This document shows positions 29,101-44,100 of a stretch of DNA of 64,000 nucleotides, one piece after another. The stretch spans positions 2,447,751-2,511,750 of the forward strand of contig OZ037773.1 of NCBI GenBank assembly GCA_964035545.1, given 5' to 3'. The notes under the pieces are model-generated. The model did no database searches. It was not told where the DNA came from and saw only the letters and a list, made by a program, of their open reading frames with translations. Position 1 is the stretch's first letter; each line of letters begins with the position of its first letter. This stretch comes from Bugula neritina. Lineage: Eukaryota > Animalia > Bryozoa. The position numbers and the translations under genes were made by a program.

Positions 29101-32100
29101 TTTTATATATCCTTCGATTTACTGATTGTATTCTAAACATCAACGCTAATTAGCATGTTTATATTCAGCGTTGGCAAAGCAAAACACTTGTCCAATTGTA
29201 GCAAAGATGACTGAATGTCTAAATGCAGTAAAAGTTCGTCCAGCCCATATCCTTCCCTTTTGAATAGACCGTAGTTTCAGAAGCTTCATTTTCTTCGTTT
29301 CTAATCTTGTCCTTGACAGTATTGTAGGTAGCACACTCAAATGCTAATAGAACCCAGCCTATCTTTCTGGGCCAGTCTTTTACTTTACAATTGTTAATTA
29401 ATTATGTTAGCATTTCTTGTTTGTTTTCTAGGAGGAAGTCAAAGGCCTAAAGCGAACTGTTGAAGAGCTCAATGAATCTAACCGAACACTTCTTACCAAC
29501 TCCACAGCATCGGCTCCGACAGAAAGAAGTCACTTTCACCACTTCAACCACACATCTTCTCCACCTAATGGTACGAGTAAAGTATTCATGTAACAATTAT
29601 TGTAATATTGTAAACTCATATTTTATATATACAATACGATGATGCAATGTAATATATTAATATAATGTAGTCTAACACTCGTATTACGTTGTGTATAATT
29701 AACATCTACTGTTTTCTTTCACTCTCATGACATTGCAATATAGCAGGAGTGGGCAACTGTGGGCCCCAGGGGGCCACCTGTGGCCATTTACCCTTTTTTC
29801 AGTGGCCTTTTTTATCCTAAAACAAGTAAAAACTGTTATATGCATTGTGATTCGCACAGCATAGGCTTGGTGAAAAATTACTCTATTATAATAAAATTTA
29901 ATATCTGTACAATCATCTTCGGTTTGGCTGACTTCTGAACTTGCCCCTCATGTAAAAGAAGTTGCCCACCCCTGCAATGTAATTTGGGGTTCTCCTTTTA
30001 AATTTTGTTTTCTGTTTATCTGAAACCTCATTTTGAATAAAAGAATGGAGCAGTGGCTATAGATATTTGCATTTTTGACATGGATTTGTTTCCTGTGTAA
30101 ACAAGTAGGAACTCAACTGGCTCTGCAGCTTTTCTTTTCTAGCAACAAAGTCTATTTACTTGCTGTCTGTGGGGCTTGGTATTAGTAGTTTCCAGTACTT
30201 GTTTTGAAAGGACAACTCCATTGTTTCACATTACTGTATCCACATTATAATGTGACAGCCAGTGTTGGGCATGGAATCATCACGTGACTTAATATATGAA
30301 CATATTTTAGTGGTGGTAGATTGAAAGTTGTTTGGAGTTGTCAAACTTTAAAGTTATATATGAATTGTACTCAAGAAGTTGTTTGCAAGGGTCAACAGTT
30401 TTTTAAAAAGTGTGATAGTAGCTTTTTTAAATAATTCTTGACTTTTACAAGCAGCCTTTTACACCAGGCTTATAACAGCTGGTACAACTCTGTTAAATTG
30501 AATACAAGTTATAAAATAGTATTGTAGCCTATTGTAGCCGTAATCACAAGTTTCAGATTTGTCTTTCCTTTTTCATACTTGAGTCAGGGCACACAACTCC
30601 AGGTTTTTGCGCTCTAATTTTCTTGGTGTATAAACATGTAAAGTTTACTAGCATTTTTTGTTGTTTAACATAACATTGTAACAGCTAAATAATAAAATTT
30701 GTTACATAACCTAATAACTGTTTGTGTCATCATTTGTATGAATTTCCTATGTTTGATTGATGAAAGCAGCATCTGATTTGTGTAATGCCTTTCCAACTGG
30801 GATACTGCATAACAATGTCGCAAGAAAAGACTTCAGTTTTTACTATTGGAATCAAAATGTGGGGATTTCTGCTTTAATTTTAGACAATAATTATGTCTAT
30901 ATAAATAAAATTCAAACTTGTAATTCTCATTGCTTAACTCAACCCAAAATCTCACATTGATTTCTAAACAAGACACTTACAGATCACTTTTTGTGACCTT
31001 CTGAATCTGAAAGCCATTAATATTTACTGCATGTAGTTTACTTTCTTTAATTTTTTTTGGGGAGGACTGTTAGGTTTTATATTAAACCATCCAGTGTGAT
31101 AGAAAGCTTGATGTTTAGCATGAAGCTCCTTAAGCACATTGTTTGTGGGGGGGGGGGGCGGGCAAATGTGCTATTTGCTCTCCCACACTGTTCATCAACT
31201 TGGGCGAATCCAACCTTTTAATGAATGAATACTTTTTAAAAGTTACATCCCTTCAGTGCCAAAGTTTTAGGAAAAAATATTTCTAACTGGTGTTCTTATT
31301 GTAACGTCTCAAATATGGCACTTCACTCACCACCCAATCACCTGCTACATGGTGGCGGAAAATAGCTGAGAACCTTGTTCAATTGAGTCTGGTTTATTAA
31401 TAGATACAGTCTGCGTGAAAATAGGTAAATTATTCCGTAGGTTTACCGCATTGCCACCTTAATCGAAGCTATCACTCAATTCTCTTGTCATAAGGTATTA
31501 TTTTACCTGAGGCATTCAATAAACAAATGCCGGGAATCTATCTGTAGATGAAGAGAAGAAGTAGTTAACTAAAGTCTTTATTTTCATGTTTTTATTTTTT
31601 AAAGTAAAATTTCACTACAGTTTAAGAGTTAGAACTACACGTGAGTCCGCTAACCATTATCATGTATATCTTTGTATAAAAAGAGGTGCCCGAGGCTAAC
31701 ACATAATGAATAAAATTTTGCTCAGCTATATAAGTTTATGTTGTTATAAGTTATGACTAAGGCAATGCTACCTCGTGTCAATAAACTCTCTAACATCTGC
31801 TGTGTGCATGATCAAAGCTGTAGCATTTTAAATGGTTCACAAAATCTCATTATCTGCCGTTACATTGAATGATAAAAATATTGTTTGCATTACCTAGAAA
31901 TTGATCTATGAGAAAATACACGTGTTTGCTTTAGATTGTGTTTCGTATATAAATGATATTATTCAATTTAACTTTGGTATCACGCTTCGCATTCAAATAT
32001 TTAAAGAGCTTCGGTTTAGCTTGCTGGCCCAGTTTTAGTTTTATGGACATTATGCTGGCTTTACGTGAATATGACTACCTGGTAATTTTTATATTGATTT

Positions 32101-35100
32101 TTGTTTTAACAATCAATTCAAAAGTTTTCAGAGTCATTTTCTCATGAATATTGAGAAATTTCTGTTGAAGATATTGACAGTCTGTCCTATTTGACTTGTT
32201 CATGCTGCTTTCCTGATTATGAACTTATATACTAATGCTAAGCTATAGCTAAGCTATATGGGTCCCAAAACCTCAATTGTATAGTATTGTGATATAGTGG
32301 ATCAACTACCAGATTTACCTCACAGTTCCCTTAAATTCGGCCATTTTGTCCCTATACACATACATAAGCCACAAAACTGGGGCCCAAACCCTTCTCATGG
32401 CCTATGAAATTTGTGCAATACAAGGGAGCACCATATTTGGTTGGTGCAAATGTCTATTCCTATCTGTATTAATAACAACCTCTTTTTAAATTAGTGCAGC
32501 ACAGAGCCTATCCCTCTGCACTCGAGTATATTCCTTCTTACTGCCCCACTATATACCTACGGGTTACATATACTTATATGCTAATCTAATGCCAATATCA
32601 GCTAATTTCGCTGCACTTTGTTTAAATGACTCTCCAATCTTTTCTAATCTCGACTTGTAAGGGCCTCTGCTTTATCTTATTCAATAACTCATCTGGTTGA
32701 TTCAATAACTCCAAAAAGTCTGGGAGGGAAGGGTTTCTCCTAGGTAGCTTGATGGGGAGTATTATATATATTGAATAGGTTCAAAGTTCTTTTTCAGCAA
32801 TAAGTATATCATAATATATAATATACATGAATGATATTTAATTTTTAGTCTGCAGTCAAATGGATTTAATTGTTCAAAAATGCAAAAATAATATTTAAAT
32901 CACCAAGTCAGAATGTTTTCCAAGGGAAAGATGTAAAGTTTGCTCAACAGTGTGAGTTTTGGGGAGAATCTTCAACTAAGGGGCTGGGCATTAAAACTGC
33001 AAAAGGACAAAATTCAAAGTGAGGCATTTTGTTCCACCTCATCGTTGGGAGTGGCAATTCAGGCGCGAAAATCCGTGAGCTTATATTCAAATTAAACCTA
33101 GTTTTGTTTTACCTGGCAGTGAGATCTTCAAATGATGTGACTTGCACCAGGAAGTTATGTTAATCAGGAAATCTGTTGCTATTCGTTTTGACTTGACCAC
33201 TGAAATAAAAGAATTGTAGATTTTTGCAGTGTTTGTGCTTCACTTCGCAACATTTTCCTCAAAACAGCTACCGAAATCTATGCCACAAGCAAAGAATTGG
33301 GCTGTTTTTTTCCCGGATTCTATGTTAAACCTGCAAGTCACTATTGGTTTTTTTTTCAATAAGGGCCTGGCAGTATTGGCCAACTACAGTAAGAGCACAG
33401 GGAGGCAGTCAGTCTATAGGTTTCTATGTTCACAAAACCACAACTTTTGAAGATAACCTGAATCGATGGTGAAAATGTCCCAGTTTTTGGTATCTCCGTA
33501 GCCCTAGCTCTATTAGGATAGTTGCACACATGTTTCCTTTAGCTGTAGGTGAAAGGTTTTTCTATTGATTGGAACATAGGCTGGATAAATCATATCATGA
33601 TTTCCATCAGCCCTTTTTCCACACCAGCAAGTTACCAATAGCGTAGGTCTTACATTTTTTTATATTAATTTTGGTTTGGGGCGTGGGCATTGAACTTTTC
33701 AGCTAGAAACGGTAGCCAATGGAAGTTTCTAGACTTATAAGTTCTTGCTGTTGACAGATGGGCTGTTTGATGAGTCAGAGGACCTGCTGGACAGCGTGTT
33801 CCATCAGCAGGAGATTAACAGACTCAATTCTGAGCTGGAGAGGTGCCGCGCTGAATGCTTGGCTCTAAAGCGAGTTTCTACCCCCCAAACTCCGGTATGT
33901 ATTTCTACTCAGATATTTATATTCTATATTCTACACTCTACATTCTATTCTAAACAGTAGATTCTATTCTATATTATATTCTATAGGCTATATTCTAATA
34001 TATATTCTATTCTATGACTAGAATCTATTCTATATTATATTCTACACTCTACATTCTAATATATATTCTATGACTAGGTTCTATTCTATATTATATTCCA
34101 TTCTAGTGCATAGAGGTAATGTGAAAGCTGTATAGAGCAGCTGTACTACATTTAGTCTCTTCATGTGCATTGTATTACTCCATTATAATTTTTCAAACTT
34201 GGCAGAGTAAAGATGAAAACCTTTTTTCAACAAATTTATTTCTGTAAAACCTGACAATTACATTTGAATAATGAATGCACTATAGATTTAGCTTTTACGA
34301 CACAATTATGAAATCTTCTGCTATACCACCGAGCAACAAGTACCTGAAAGCAGGTAACTGACCGCTAGTAGGTTGAAGGTAACTGGTTTGAGTTGCCGAG
34401 GCATCTGTATAGGAATTATAAGTTACTACATGTAAGCCTGGTAAAGTCTCCAAGGTAACTTCACAGTTGGCAGAGGGTAAAGGTCAAAGGGTAGGGAATA
34501 GAATAGTAGAAAGGGCAAAGGTCAAATGATGAATTGTGGAGAATAGAAAAAGGGAAAAGGATAAAAAGTTGATGATAAAAAGTATTTGAACTACATGACG
34601 AGGAATCAAGCCAGCTCTTTTGCTTTATTTTTAACTTCCAAATCAAATTCAACTGAAAATGGTCGCAATCCTCAGTTGTGTCTCAATATTGACCCTCAAG
34701 CAACTGTTGGTGACTAGGCTACGATACCGGGAGTTTAAGCGTCAGCTCAAATGCTTTTTATGTTTACTTAAAACTGCGTCAGCTATTGAGTTTTTTGCTT
34801 TTGAAATTTCAAGTGGCATAACAGTTAGATATTATTTGCCAACGCCTATAAAATGGCTGCAGGCTAATAGAATTGATGTTTAACTTAACTTGATGTCCAA
34901 ACATGAAAGAATATATTTTAATCATTAAAGTAAATTGAAAGTTGAAATCATATTTCTTCCGTTTAATCAAGTTATGCTACTGGGACTTTTAAACACAAAC
35001 TTTTTGCACATTTTACTATATTAGTTGCTATTTGTTTGAAAACAGCTACAGTATAGTAATATTCATATTTATATAGTAATATTTCTGTAAAATGTTTTTT

Positions 35101-38100
35101 ATTTTATTTGGTTACCTAAAATTCTATATTTTTGAAAGGAAAAGTGCTCGTATTTTTGTACATGTTGGTCACAGGTTGTGTGAATTTCTATCTCCAGCAC
35201 ACGAGAGCTTGCTTACAATGACTCAGCACTTTGGAAAGACCTTGTAGGCTGGGTTGTCTACTATAACTAGAGGAGACTGTTGACTGGCTAAAATTGTTTA
35301 CTTAAAACCCTTTTTATCACTTTGCTAGAGTGTCACTATAGTTTTTATATAAGCCTCTTGCACTGTGTCAACAGTCTGCAAGTGGCTGTGTGTGTATGCT
35401 TAGCTTGGGCCACTAACAACTTGACAGAATACGATGAGGGGGTCATGGGCACGCCCATCTTTTTTCTATGCTGTGTGGTAAAGACACTAGAAATTTCTGA
35501 ACAAGTGAATATGGCCTATGTTTTATAATGTAAATATGCTGATAGTATGGGTGGTTTTGAACTCCAGCCTGTGCTAAGAGACACGTGGTTGGCTAGAAAG
35601 TGGGTAAATAATACCTTACCAACATTTAGTGTGGGCAGACCCAGTGGAGTGGCTTTTGAATTAGTTAGAATGATGCAACTAGCATAGACAGCAGGCAAGT
35701 TCAAATCCTCTTAACTTGGTAGGTATGTATTTATATTTTAATGTAGGTATGTATTTATATTTTAATGTAGGTATGTATTTATATTTTAATGTAAGTATGT
35801 ATTTATATTTTAATGTAGGTATGTATTTATATTTTAATGTTGGTATGTATTTATATTTTAATGTAAGTATGTATTGTATTTTACTATCTATGTTTCATTA
35901 ATGCAATTATTTAGGTATGTATTTATATTTTATTTAATAATAGTTTGTATGTATCTATATTTTGTTAATGTAAGTATCACTCAGTAGGTAGGTATTATAA
36001 CAATATTAGTATAAGTATATGTACTTGTAGGTATAATAAGTGTAGTGAACATTTAACAAATACATGTGGGTTTTAAAGTATACTAATACCTTTTTATGTT
36101 CGTTTTGTAATTGTTTTATAACCATAATATTTCAAAACAGTTTTCTGTTAATTTATATAAACATGTCTTGCTGTAATATTGAGCTAATTATATGCAGATT
36201 TCAACAAAGCTATATTATTTTGTCTATTTGGTAACGACTAGTGTACATTTATAGTTATTACTCATTGTTTATACATTGCCATAATGAGAAAAAAAGGCCA
36301 CCTGCACACACCTTGCGATCTTAGCTTAGGACTGCAGTATTTTCTCATACTAGTATTTATCTTCAAATCTAGTGAATATATTCTGTCATTAATTTTCACT
36401 TTGCTGCAGTGTCTGGGAAGCTTCAATATAGCCCAAGCTCTGTTTAACTTGAACACTTTCAAGGGACTTGTATGCAAGGCCTTTACAAAGATCTGAACAC
36501 ATTTTATTATTCTACAGAAAATTGCTTTTCCGTACGCAATTTATACCAACTATTGCAGTAAAAATCTGTATTTCCTCTATCACATTGAATACACTTTTTC
36601 TACAGGTGGTTCAGGGAGCCATAAATGAAGACCAGGGTCCTGACAGTGTGCAAGCTCTAAAGGTACCTTAGCTTTCCCTTCCGATAGCTTCAATTGTAAT
36701 GTATATCATTGCTGATGGAGAATTTAGTAAAAATATGAAAGCCAAATTGATCACTAAATAATTGAAGTTGAATATTGGTGCTATTATTGGATGTATTGCA
36801 GTAAGTAACAGCTTAGCCTGTACATTCAATGTTAGCTGAAAGTTGGGTGATGGTTTTCTGGCTCTAAAAATAGCTTCAGTATCTGTAATCAAGTCATATT
36901 TTTACTACCTTAGCTGAAAATGACATCTAGCTTTAATCACATTTCCAACATTGTTTCTCAATGAAGCTGCAAAATTGCATTCACTGGTTATAAAAATATT
37001 TCATGTCATTCCCCAGCCATGATGTGAAATTAATTACTCTAACTGGTGAGGTTTTGTCCTCGGCACTGGGTAGTAAGTAGTACAGAGTACATAGTACAGC
37101 ATCTGTTAGTTACTAGGGTATATATCTACAGTGTCTAGCCCAGTCTTTCTATTGGCTTTTACACAGTCATACCTTTTTATTAAAATAATTTTATAAAGAC
37201 ATGAAAGAATAAAGTGTTGTTTGATTATTGATTTATATAAAAAATATAATTGCAGTCCGGGTTATACTGGGGCTTATCTTCCCCTGTAGAGACACCTGTA
37301 TCTCCAAGTAATGGAAATTCTAAACTGCCTATTGAAAAGCATTTACTAATCCTCTATTAGGTTAACAAATGGATCTTTGGTGGGGATATTAAATTCATTT
37401 AGCAAATATTTGTTTGTCTGGCAGTTGTTGAACAACTATGCTTTCTTTGTTTGTGTTGATATGGTGTGAAGCTGGGTCCTTATTAACTATTTTATTGCCT
37501 ACGTGGTGATAAAACCAATAACCTACCACTTGCCTCTCTCGACTAGTGACGACAAGGCAAACAAACCTTTATCAATGCTGCACTTTTCACTGCAGACGCT
37601 ATAAATTATTCAAATTACGTGCTTGTTTAATATAATATTCCTTCAGCTTTTCCTCGCAGCCATTTGAATTGTTAGTGTATATGCATTCTCGGAGTTTATA
37701 CAGGCAATATTTCATCAATACCAATTAATTTTTTTAAAGTTAAAAAAGAATTAGGTAGCTGGGCAAATAGTTTGTTTTAGCCTTAGAGTTTGTTCTGTAT
37801 CTGGTTCGGGTTTAGGAAGGCCAGAAAGCCTTCCTTCCTAGCCAAGTCCGTATTATATAACCCTGTAATTATTACTCTATTATCCAAAGTACTGTGTGGT
37901 ATGTTCAGCCAAGATTATTGAGGGTCAGATAAAAAATGTGTTGTTGGCACAGAGGCTGTGTTGCCCAGGGTACTGGCTGCGTGTAACCTACTTTATTCCA
38001 TTCTACGTTGAAGGCAAAGCTTAAAGAGGCATCTGACAGACATCGTAAGGAGTTGGAAAATTTGGAAAGATTCCACCGAGAAGAAATCAATGACCTTCAG

Positions 38101-41100
38101 GCGTCCTTTGCCCAGCAGCAAATTGAGAAAGCTGAACAGCTGAAGACTGAGTACCTAAAGAATATAGGTAATTGTTGTTGTATTGTAAGCATGTCTTGGC
38201 TTGCTTTAGCTCTCTTATTAATATGGTTGACGGTTCATTTCTTAAAACTGGCTTTTCCAGTGTTTTAGCTGCTTTAGTTTCAGTAAAACTGAAAACAGGC
38301 AGTAAATCTTCACCTTCTTGCTATTCAACATTGAAAAGCTGTTACTTGGCAAGCCCCTTGTTTAGCACTTTTCAAATACGCAAGTATACTGTAAACTGGA
38401 AAGGTGGCCAGCTGGCTTATTGCTATACAGAGAGGTGTTCCAGTGAACAGTAGGCTGTCTGTGGGTTTGAAAGGCTTATGTTCCCTCAACTGTGAAGTAT
38501 TTTGATTGAATATGCGATATTTTGAGCCGTGGCTGGAAGCTAGGACCTATAAATTTCTGCTATTGAGCCATTTCCTCAACTTCCAAATTTTTTGAAGGGT
38601 AATTTTAAGTTGGAAAGTTTAAAGATAATTAATAAAATACCTTTTATCACAAATTTGTTGCAACTATATTTTGCCGTTTACCTTATTGTAATACTCAATT
38701 AAAAATTTATGGTTTTACGTGGAAAAGCAACTCCTTATACATCTATTGGCAAATTTCCATCTTGTGGGCTATATAGTTAATCTACTCCGTTATTTACTTC
38801 TGCTTCATTACTAATGATAGAGCAAAAAAGTTTGTAAAAAGATTTTTGCAGCCTGTTTTAGTTTTTAAATATTTTAGTTTGTATTTTATTTCATAATATT
38901 TGGTTTTTTTAAATGCCGGTAAATGTTTTCCTAACAGCCATAAATCAATTTGGTTAAAATTTAAAATTTTTGCTCAACCAATAAAGCAGAGATGGAAAAG
39001 GAAATTTTCGTTGCTTTGTAACTAAGACAATGAACTATATATTGCTGTGGGTAGGATTTCATGGTATGAGAGATATTAGCGGCTGTTAGAGCCTGCATGC
39101 AGTGTAGTTTTTTGCCCTTTCCAGTAAGGAACCTTCCCTTCTATCCAGATACTGGGGGTTAGCTAAAGAGAATGCATACATTATATAACTAGAATAGCTA
39201 TGCATAGCACATTGCAGCTACAGGGTAATGTAGCTATCAGCCTCTACTGTGGTGATGTATTACTAATCAGCTGTCATTGCTACTGTGCATATTAAAAGAG
39301 CTAATTCATCACGTTACCATGGTTACTGAAGGCTCTCGCTTGATGAATAACTGAATACTGTCATTGTTAAACTTTCATTTTTTATCACTGTACACACCTG
39401 CCAACTAAGTTGTAAAACGGCTTTAACATCCAGCCTTGCTTTTAGCTAGTAACTGCAAAGGGCACATTTATTACTCTTTATGTGGTTGTATACTCTAGAT
39501 TCCTGACCATCTGTCACAGCTCTTAAGGCAACAATGTTTTCAAATCTGATTCCATTTTATTTTAAGCTTTACAAGTTTTAATAATCTACTGCATTTTTTA
39601 GTTCCAACATGGATGTTGAAGATTGTTTTCAAACTTGAATAAAAAGTTTCACCTTCCAAAAACTTTTTCAATTTAATTTTCTGTAGTTTTTTTTGTTTTC
39701 ATACTTAATGCTGGCGTTCGCCTTATACAAAACGTATTGGATATAATAGTTTGTTTTCATTCCATTGATATCGATTGGCAGGTCTGTTTCGCATAATCCA
39801 TCATCTCCGCATAACTTTTCATACTATGCCTATTACTATGCTACTCTGTGCCAATTATAGAGTAGAGAGAGGATTAAGTTGATTGGTCTGTCAGCTCTCT
39901 CTCTCATTCCCTCTCTCTTAGTACTCACTCCCTCTTCTCTGTTCCACCAGCTCACAATTCACCAACTGTTTTAGATGAATTGAGGCAGCAGCATGAGCAT
40001 TCCACAGCGGCAGCTACTCAACAGCATGAACTTCTTTTGGGAAACCTGGAGACGCAAATATCACAGGTAGATGACAACTCTTTCTTGACTTGTTTCTCTC
40101 AAATTGAAAGTAAATCTAAAATGTAACTTTTTTGGTTTTTTTATCTGAAGAAAAATCATTTTTTACTATTTGACCAGTTATTTTCCAGCAATATCTTTTT
40201 TGCCAGTTTATAACAAGAGGTTTATTTTAAAGCATATTTTAGCCTGTATTATAGCTTGTATTATTGGTGTCTATAATTTTATGGGCTATTGAATTCTGCG
40301 TCAGCCTTGAGTTGTGTATTATTATTGTTTATGCGTTGATTTGCAGTTTGAGATAAAAATGGACTATTACTTAGAATTAAGACTAACAACTAATTTTTGC
40401 TGTTGAAAAATATTTTCTTGTAGTTGTTTTAATTTTGTGATATATTCAATGAAACTTTTCTTAGCCTTCTTTTTGTTAGCAATTTGAAAAAGTTGATGAG
40501 ATTATCAACATTCTAATACTCTGTGATACAATTTTAAAAGACTGATTTCTATGCTAATGTAAAGACTATATGCATACTTGATAAATGAAATGTTTGACAT
40601 ACTGATTACCTTGGAAAGACTACCTGTTAAAGTTTCAACATTTTGGGTGAATATTTTCAATATCCCGTCTAATCCTGGCCTCTAGATTATCTAATATCAA
40701 TCAGACCAAATCTCAGTGCAAGTCATATCTAGTCTCTGATCAATTTTTTGCAACCGGCTGACCCATCTAAACTAATATTGGATCCGTCTGCAGCATGATT
40801 GCGAGTCAATAAGCGAGACTGTAGGCTAATAGAGAAATGTGAGAGACTATTTGTCTCTATTGTGCGGCATGTTTATATAGATTACAAAGCTCTTCTATTG
40901 TTGTATAGAATATAAAGTTATTTTTTCACTTTGGATGCACCCAAGTCAATTAGACATTGTTCTTGGTTGGCATAGCGTACTCATGAACCAGCCACTGCTG
41001 GACCAAACTCAACAGTTTCGAACTGAATTCTAAAAGTGAAACTTCTCTATTTTTAAATAGATATTCAAGTGTTTCCATTTTTTTTATGAATTGGTGTGGT

Positions 41101-44100
41101 CAGTCTTGTTGTTCTTGAGCTTTATACTTTTGCCTTGTTTTTCCTAAAAGGTAATTTAACATACATTGTTGACTTTCAATGAATTATTGCAAACGGTTTT
41201 AACTGTTATTTTCTATAACTATTTTGTTAATACAGTTTTTTCAACTATAGATAATAAATTACTGGGGTTTTTTGTACTTTCAGTTTGATATAAGAATTTT
41301 AGCTCAGCACTACTCTTAAATTAAATTGAATCGCTACACCATCACTGATGCATCTTCAGTTCTTAGATAAACTCGAGGACATCTTCAGTTCGTAGACAAA
41401 CTCGTACTTGCTGACCCACTGTCGGTTATTCTATAGTAAATCAGGGGTGAGGAGTTTCCATTGTCGGCAGCATTATCTCCGCACATATTTGGGTAGAGAT
41501 CAATAAATGCAACATTATTAATTGATTTTGACGAGTCTCTCCTTGGAAAATTCCTTTCAAGTTGCCATGTGTTCTTTGTTGTGTGGTAGTTTGTAAGCAT
41601 TGGTAGATGGTTGTGGCTGTATTCTTGTGTAATGAGCCAAATGAAATGGTAATCAACTTTACAAATGCCGTTGTTTCGGGAATGATCACTGATTTATATG
41701 TATTGTACACTGACTCTATTAATTAATACTATTATGTTTGTGCTCTGCCCTTTAATGTCGTACAATGTGCAGATAACTCCAGAGTTTTGACTGATGATTT
41801 TTTTCTTTGTGTGTAGTTGGAGGTGGAAAAGCGAGACCTGGTAGAGGAGTTGGAAGATGCTAAACGTGGACTGACCTCATCTATAAAAGAAACTGGAGGT
41901 TAGTTGTAATCCTGTAAAACTAACTCCTAGCTTTAAGTGCCGGCATTGGGCTGTGCTCTAACAAAAACATCTCATATGTGAAACACAAAGCATGCCTGCA
42001 TTTCTAATCCCACTATTTGCATTTATTTTCGGATGTTGATTTGTAAATCTGCGGTATCTTGCTCTTTATAACGTTGAAATACCTGCATAAATTTAGATCA
42101 ATCCTTGTTGCCTGGTTACCGTAGTTTATAGAACTCTTTCAGCTGGTATGTGATTTCAGTAGTTGGATGTATAAAAGCAGTAGTTGAACTGAATACAATA
42201 TAAGGGTGGTACATTCGTGACCTAAAACTCAGATTAATGTTTGATAAGTTAGTTTAGTGCTATGATTTATTTAGGAAATTAAATTTGTTTTTCTTACAAA
42301 GTAGATTGTTAGTGATGCAAATCATAAGAGCCACTGTTGATGGTGTTGGCTATTAACATGTTACTAGCTTTATGTTTAAAATAAATCTGTTTTCGTAGAC
42401 TTTGGAAGAAAAATTGAAGAAGATGGTTTATCCAGCACTGCAGAGAAAGATGCCATCCCTGTTCTGGTACTATATAATGCTCCTTATATTTGCATAATTC
42501 ATTTTATTTTGGTATTAGTATTTTATGCTTGCATATTTAATATTTATGGGTACTGCCCTGGTCATACAAGCTTTTGGTTATTTCCATCACTGCTAATATA
42601 AATAAATTTAGTTTCTGCATATTATAATACTCTTTCATGAAAGCACTTCTACTGAAATGATCAAGTTATCCAAACTACACCCTGGTTTGTTTTCTAGAAA
42701 TTCTAAACATGCAAACATCATTTTAATGACTATTTCACATGCATTAATAGAATTGAAATTAAGTAACCAATGGGCTATTGTTTCCATTCTTTCTTCAAGT
42801 ATTACAGCTTCACAACTGACCTCTTCGTCTCTCCATTATATTCAAATGGGAACATGTCAGGCCAATCGTATGAATATTAAACAGACTTCATTAATCAACC
42901 ATTGACAGAGTAGAAATTGAATAATTTAGCCGTTTTTCAAGCACCCAACACACATGACATGCAAATGAGCCAATCGAGAGAAGTGACTTTGTACTCTTTT
43001 CAGAGGCACTGCTGTAGTTGCAACTCTTTCCCATGAACTTTTCCTAACCCGCTTGTCGCCCACCTCATTAAGGGGAGACCTTCTAGCAGCTTCTACAAGT
43101 TTTTTTGCTCGAATTTCAACGTTAAGCATGAAGATAGGCAATTTGCCATCTGTGGACTTTTCAAATAATGAAGTTTACTAATCAGTACTTGCAAATAGTT
43201 GTGACTTAGAGTTGTTTTACCATGTCACTTTATCCATAATTGTGTTGCATCTTGTTCTAGTCTGATGAAGCATCGGGTAAGCAGGCCGAGCTAGAGTCAG
43301 CTCAGCAGGAGTTGTCTCTACTTCGGCAGCAGCTGGCAGAGGGTCAAGCCGAGGCTGAGGAGCTCAGACTGCAGACCGAGGAGTTCAGGCTGCAGGTGGA
43401 AGAGCTGCGGGGAGACAATTCTGCTTTGGACCACAGTCTAGTCGAGTTGAATCAGGAACACGAGGCTATTCTTGAGCAGCTGATTCAACAGCGAGATGAA
43501 CTCAAGTCTCAGAACCGCTCTCTCCTCGAGGAGGTAGGAAAATGCTCTAGTGAACAGTTTTTACTAAACTGAACCACCAGTTAATGCAGTAACAAGTCAT
43601 AAGCTTTTCGATTGACTCGGACTGGAAATGTATTCATTGTAAGACGGCAACTGGTCATATCTGTACATACAATATCAGTGCTATAGACATTTGTTGTATT
43701 ACAGGTCAAGGCCAAACCGTCAGATTCTCCCGAGATTGCCGAGTTAAAGTTGAAGTTAGAGAAGGCGTCTTTCTCTCTCAATGAGTTGCACATGGACAAG
43801 AGTGAAGTACAGAAAGAGCTGGACATGTCTAAAGCGAAGGTGTGAAGTGCTCTACTTGCTCATGACCCCAATTTGTCATCTCCTAATCTCGGTTGCGGAA
43901 GATTTATGTCGATTGATATTAATAAATGTGACTATTTTTAGCTTTTTATATCGGAACGGGGAACCATGATGCACACTTGTTCGTGTAATATTATTGTGTC
44001 ATGGCTTTGGTCTCTTTATATGCTGTACAGTTTATTATCACCATGATATAGTGTAATGCGCTGAAACAGGGTCATGTTTTAGCTCAATCACCTGCTTAGC

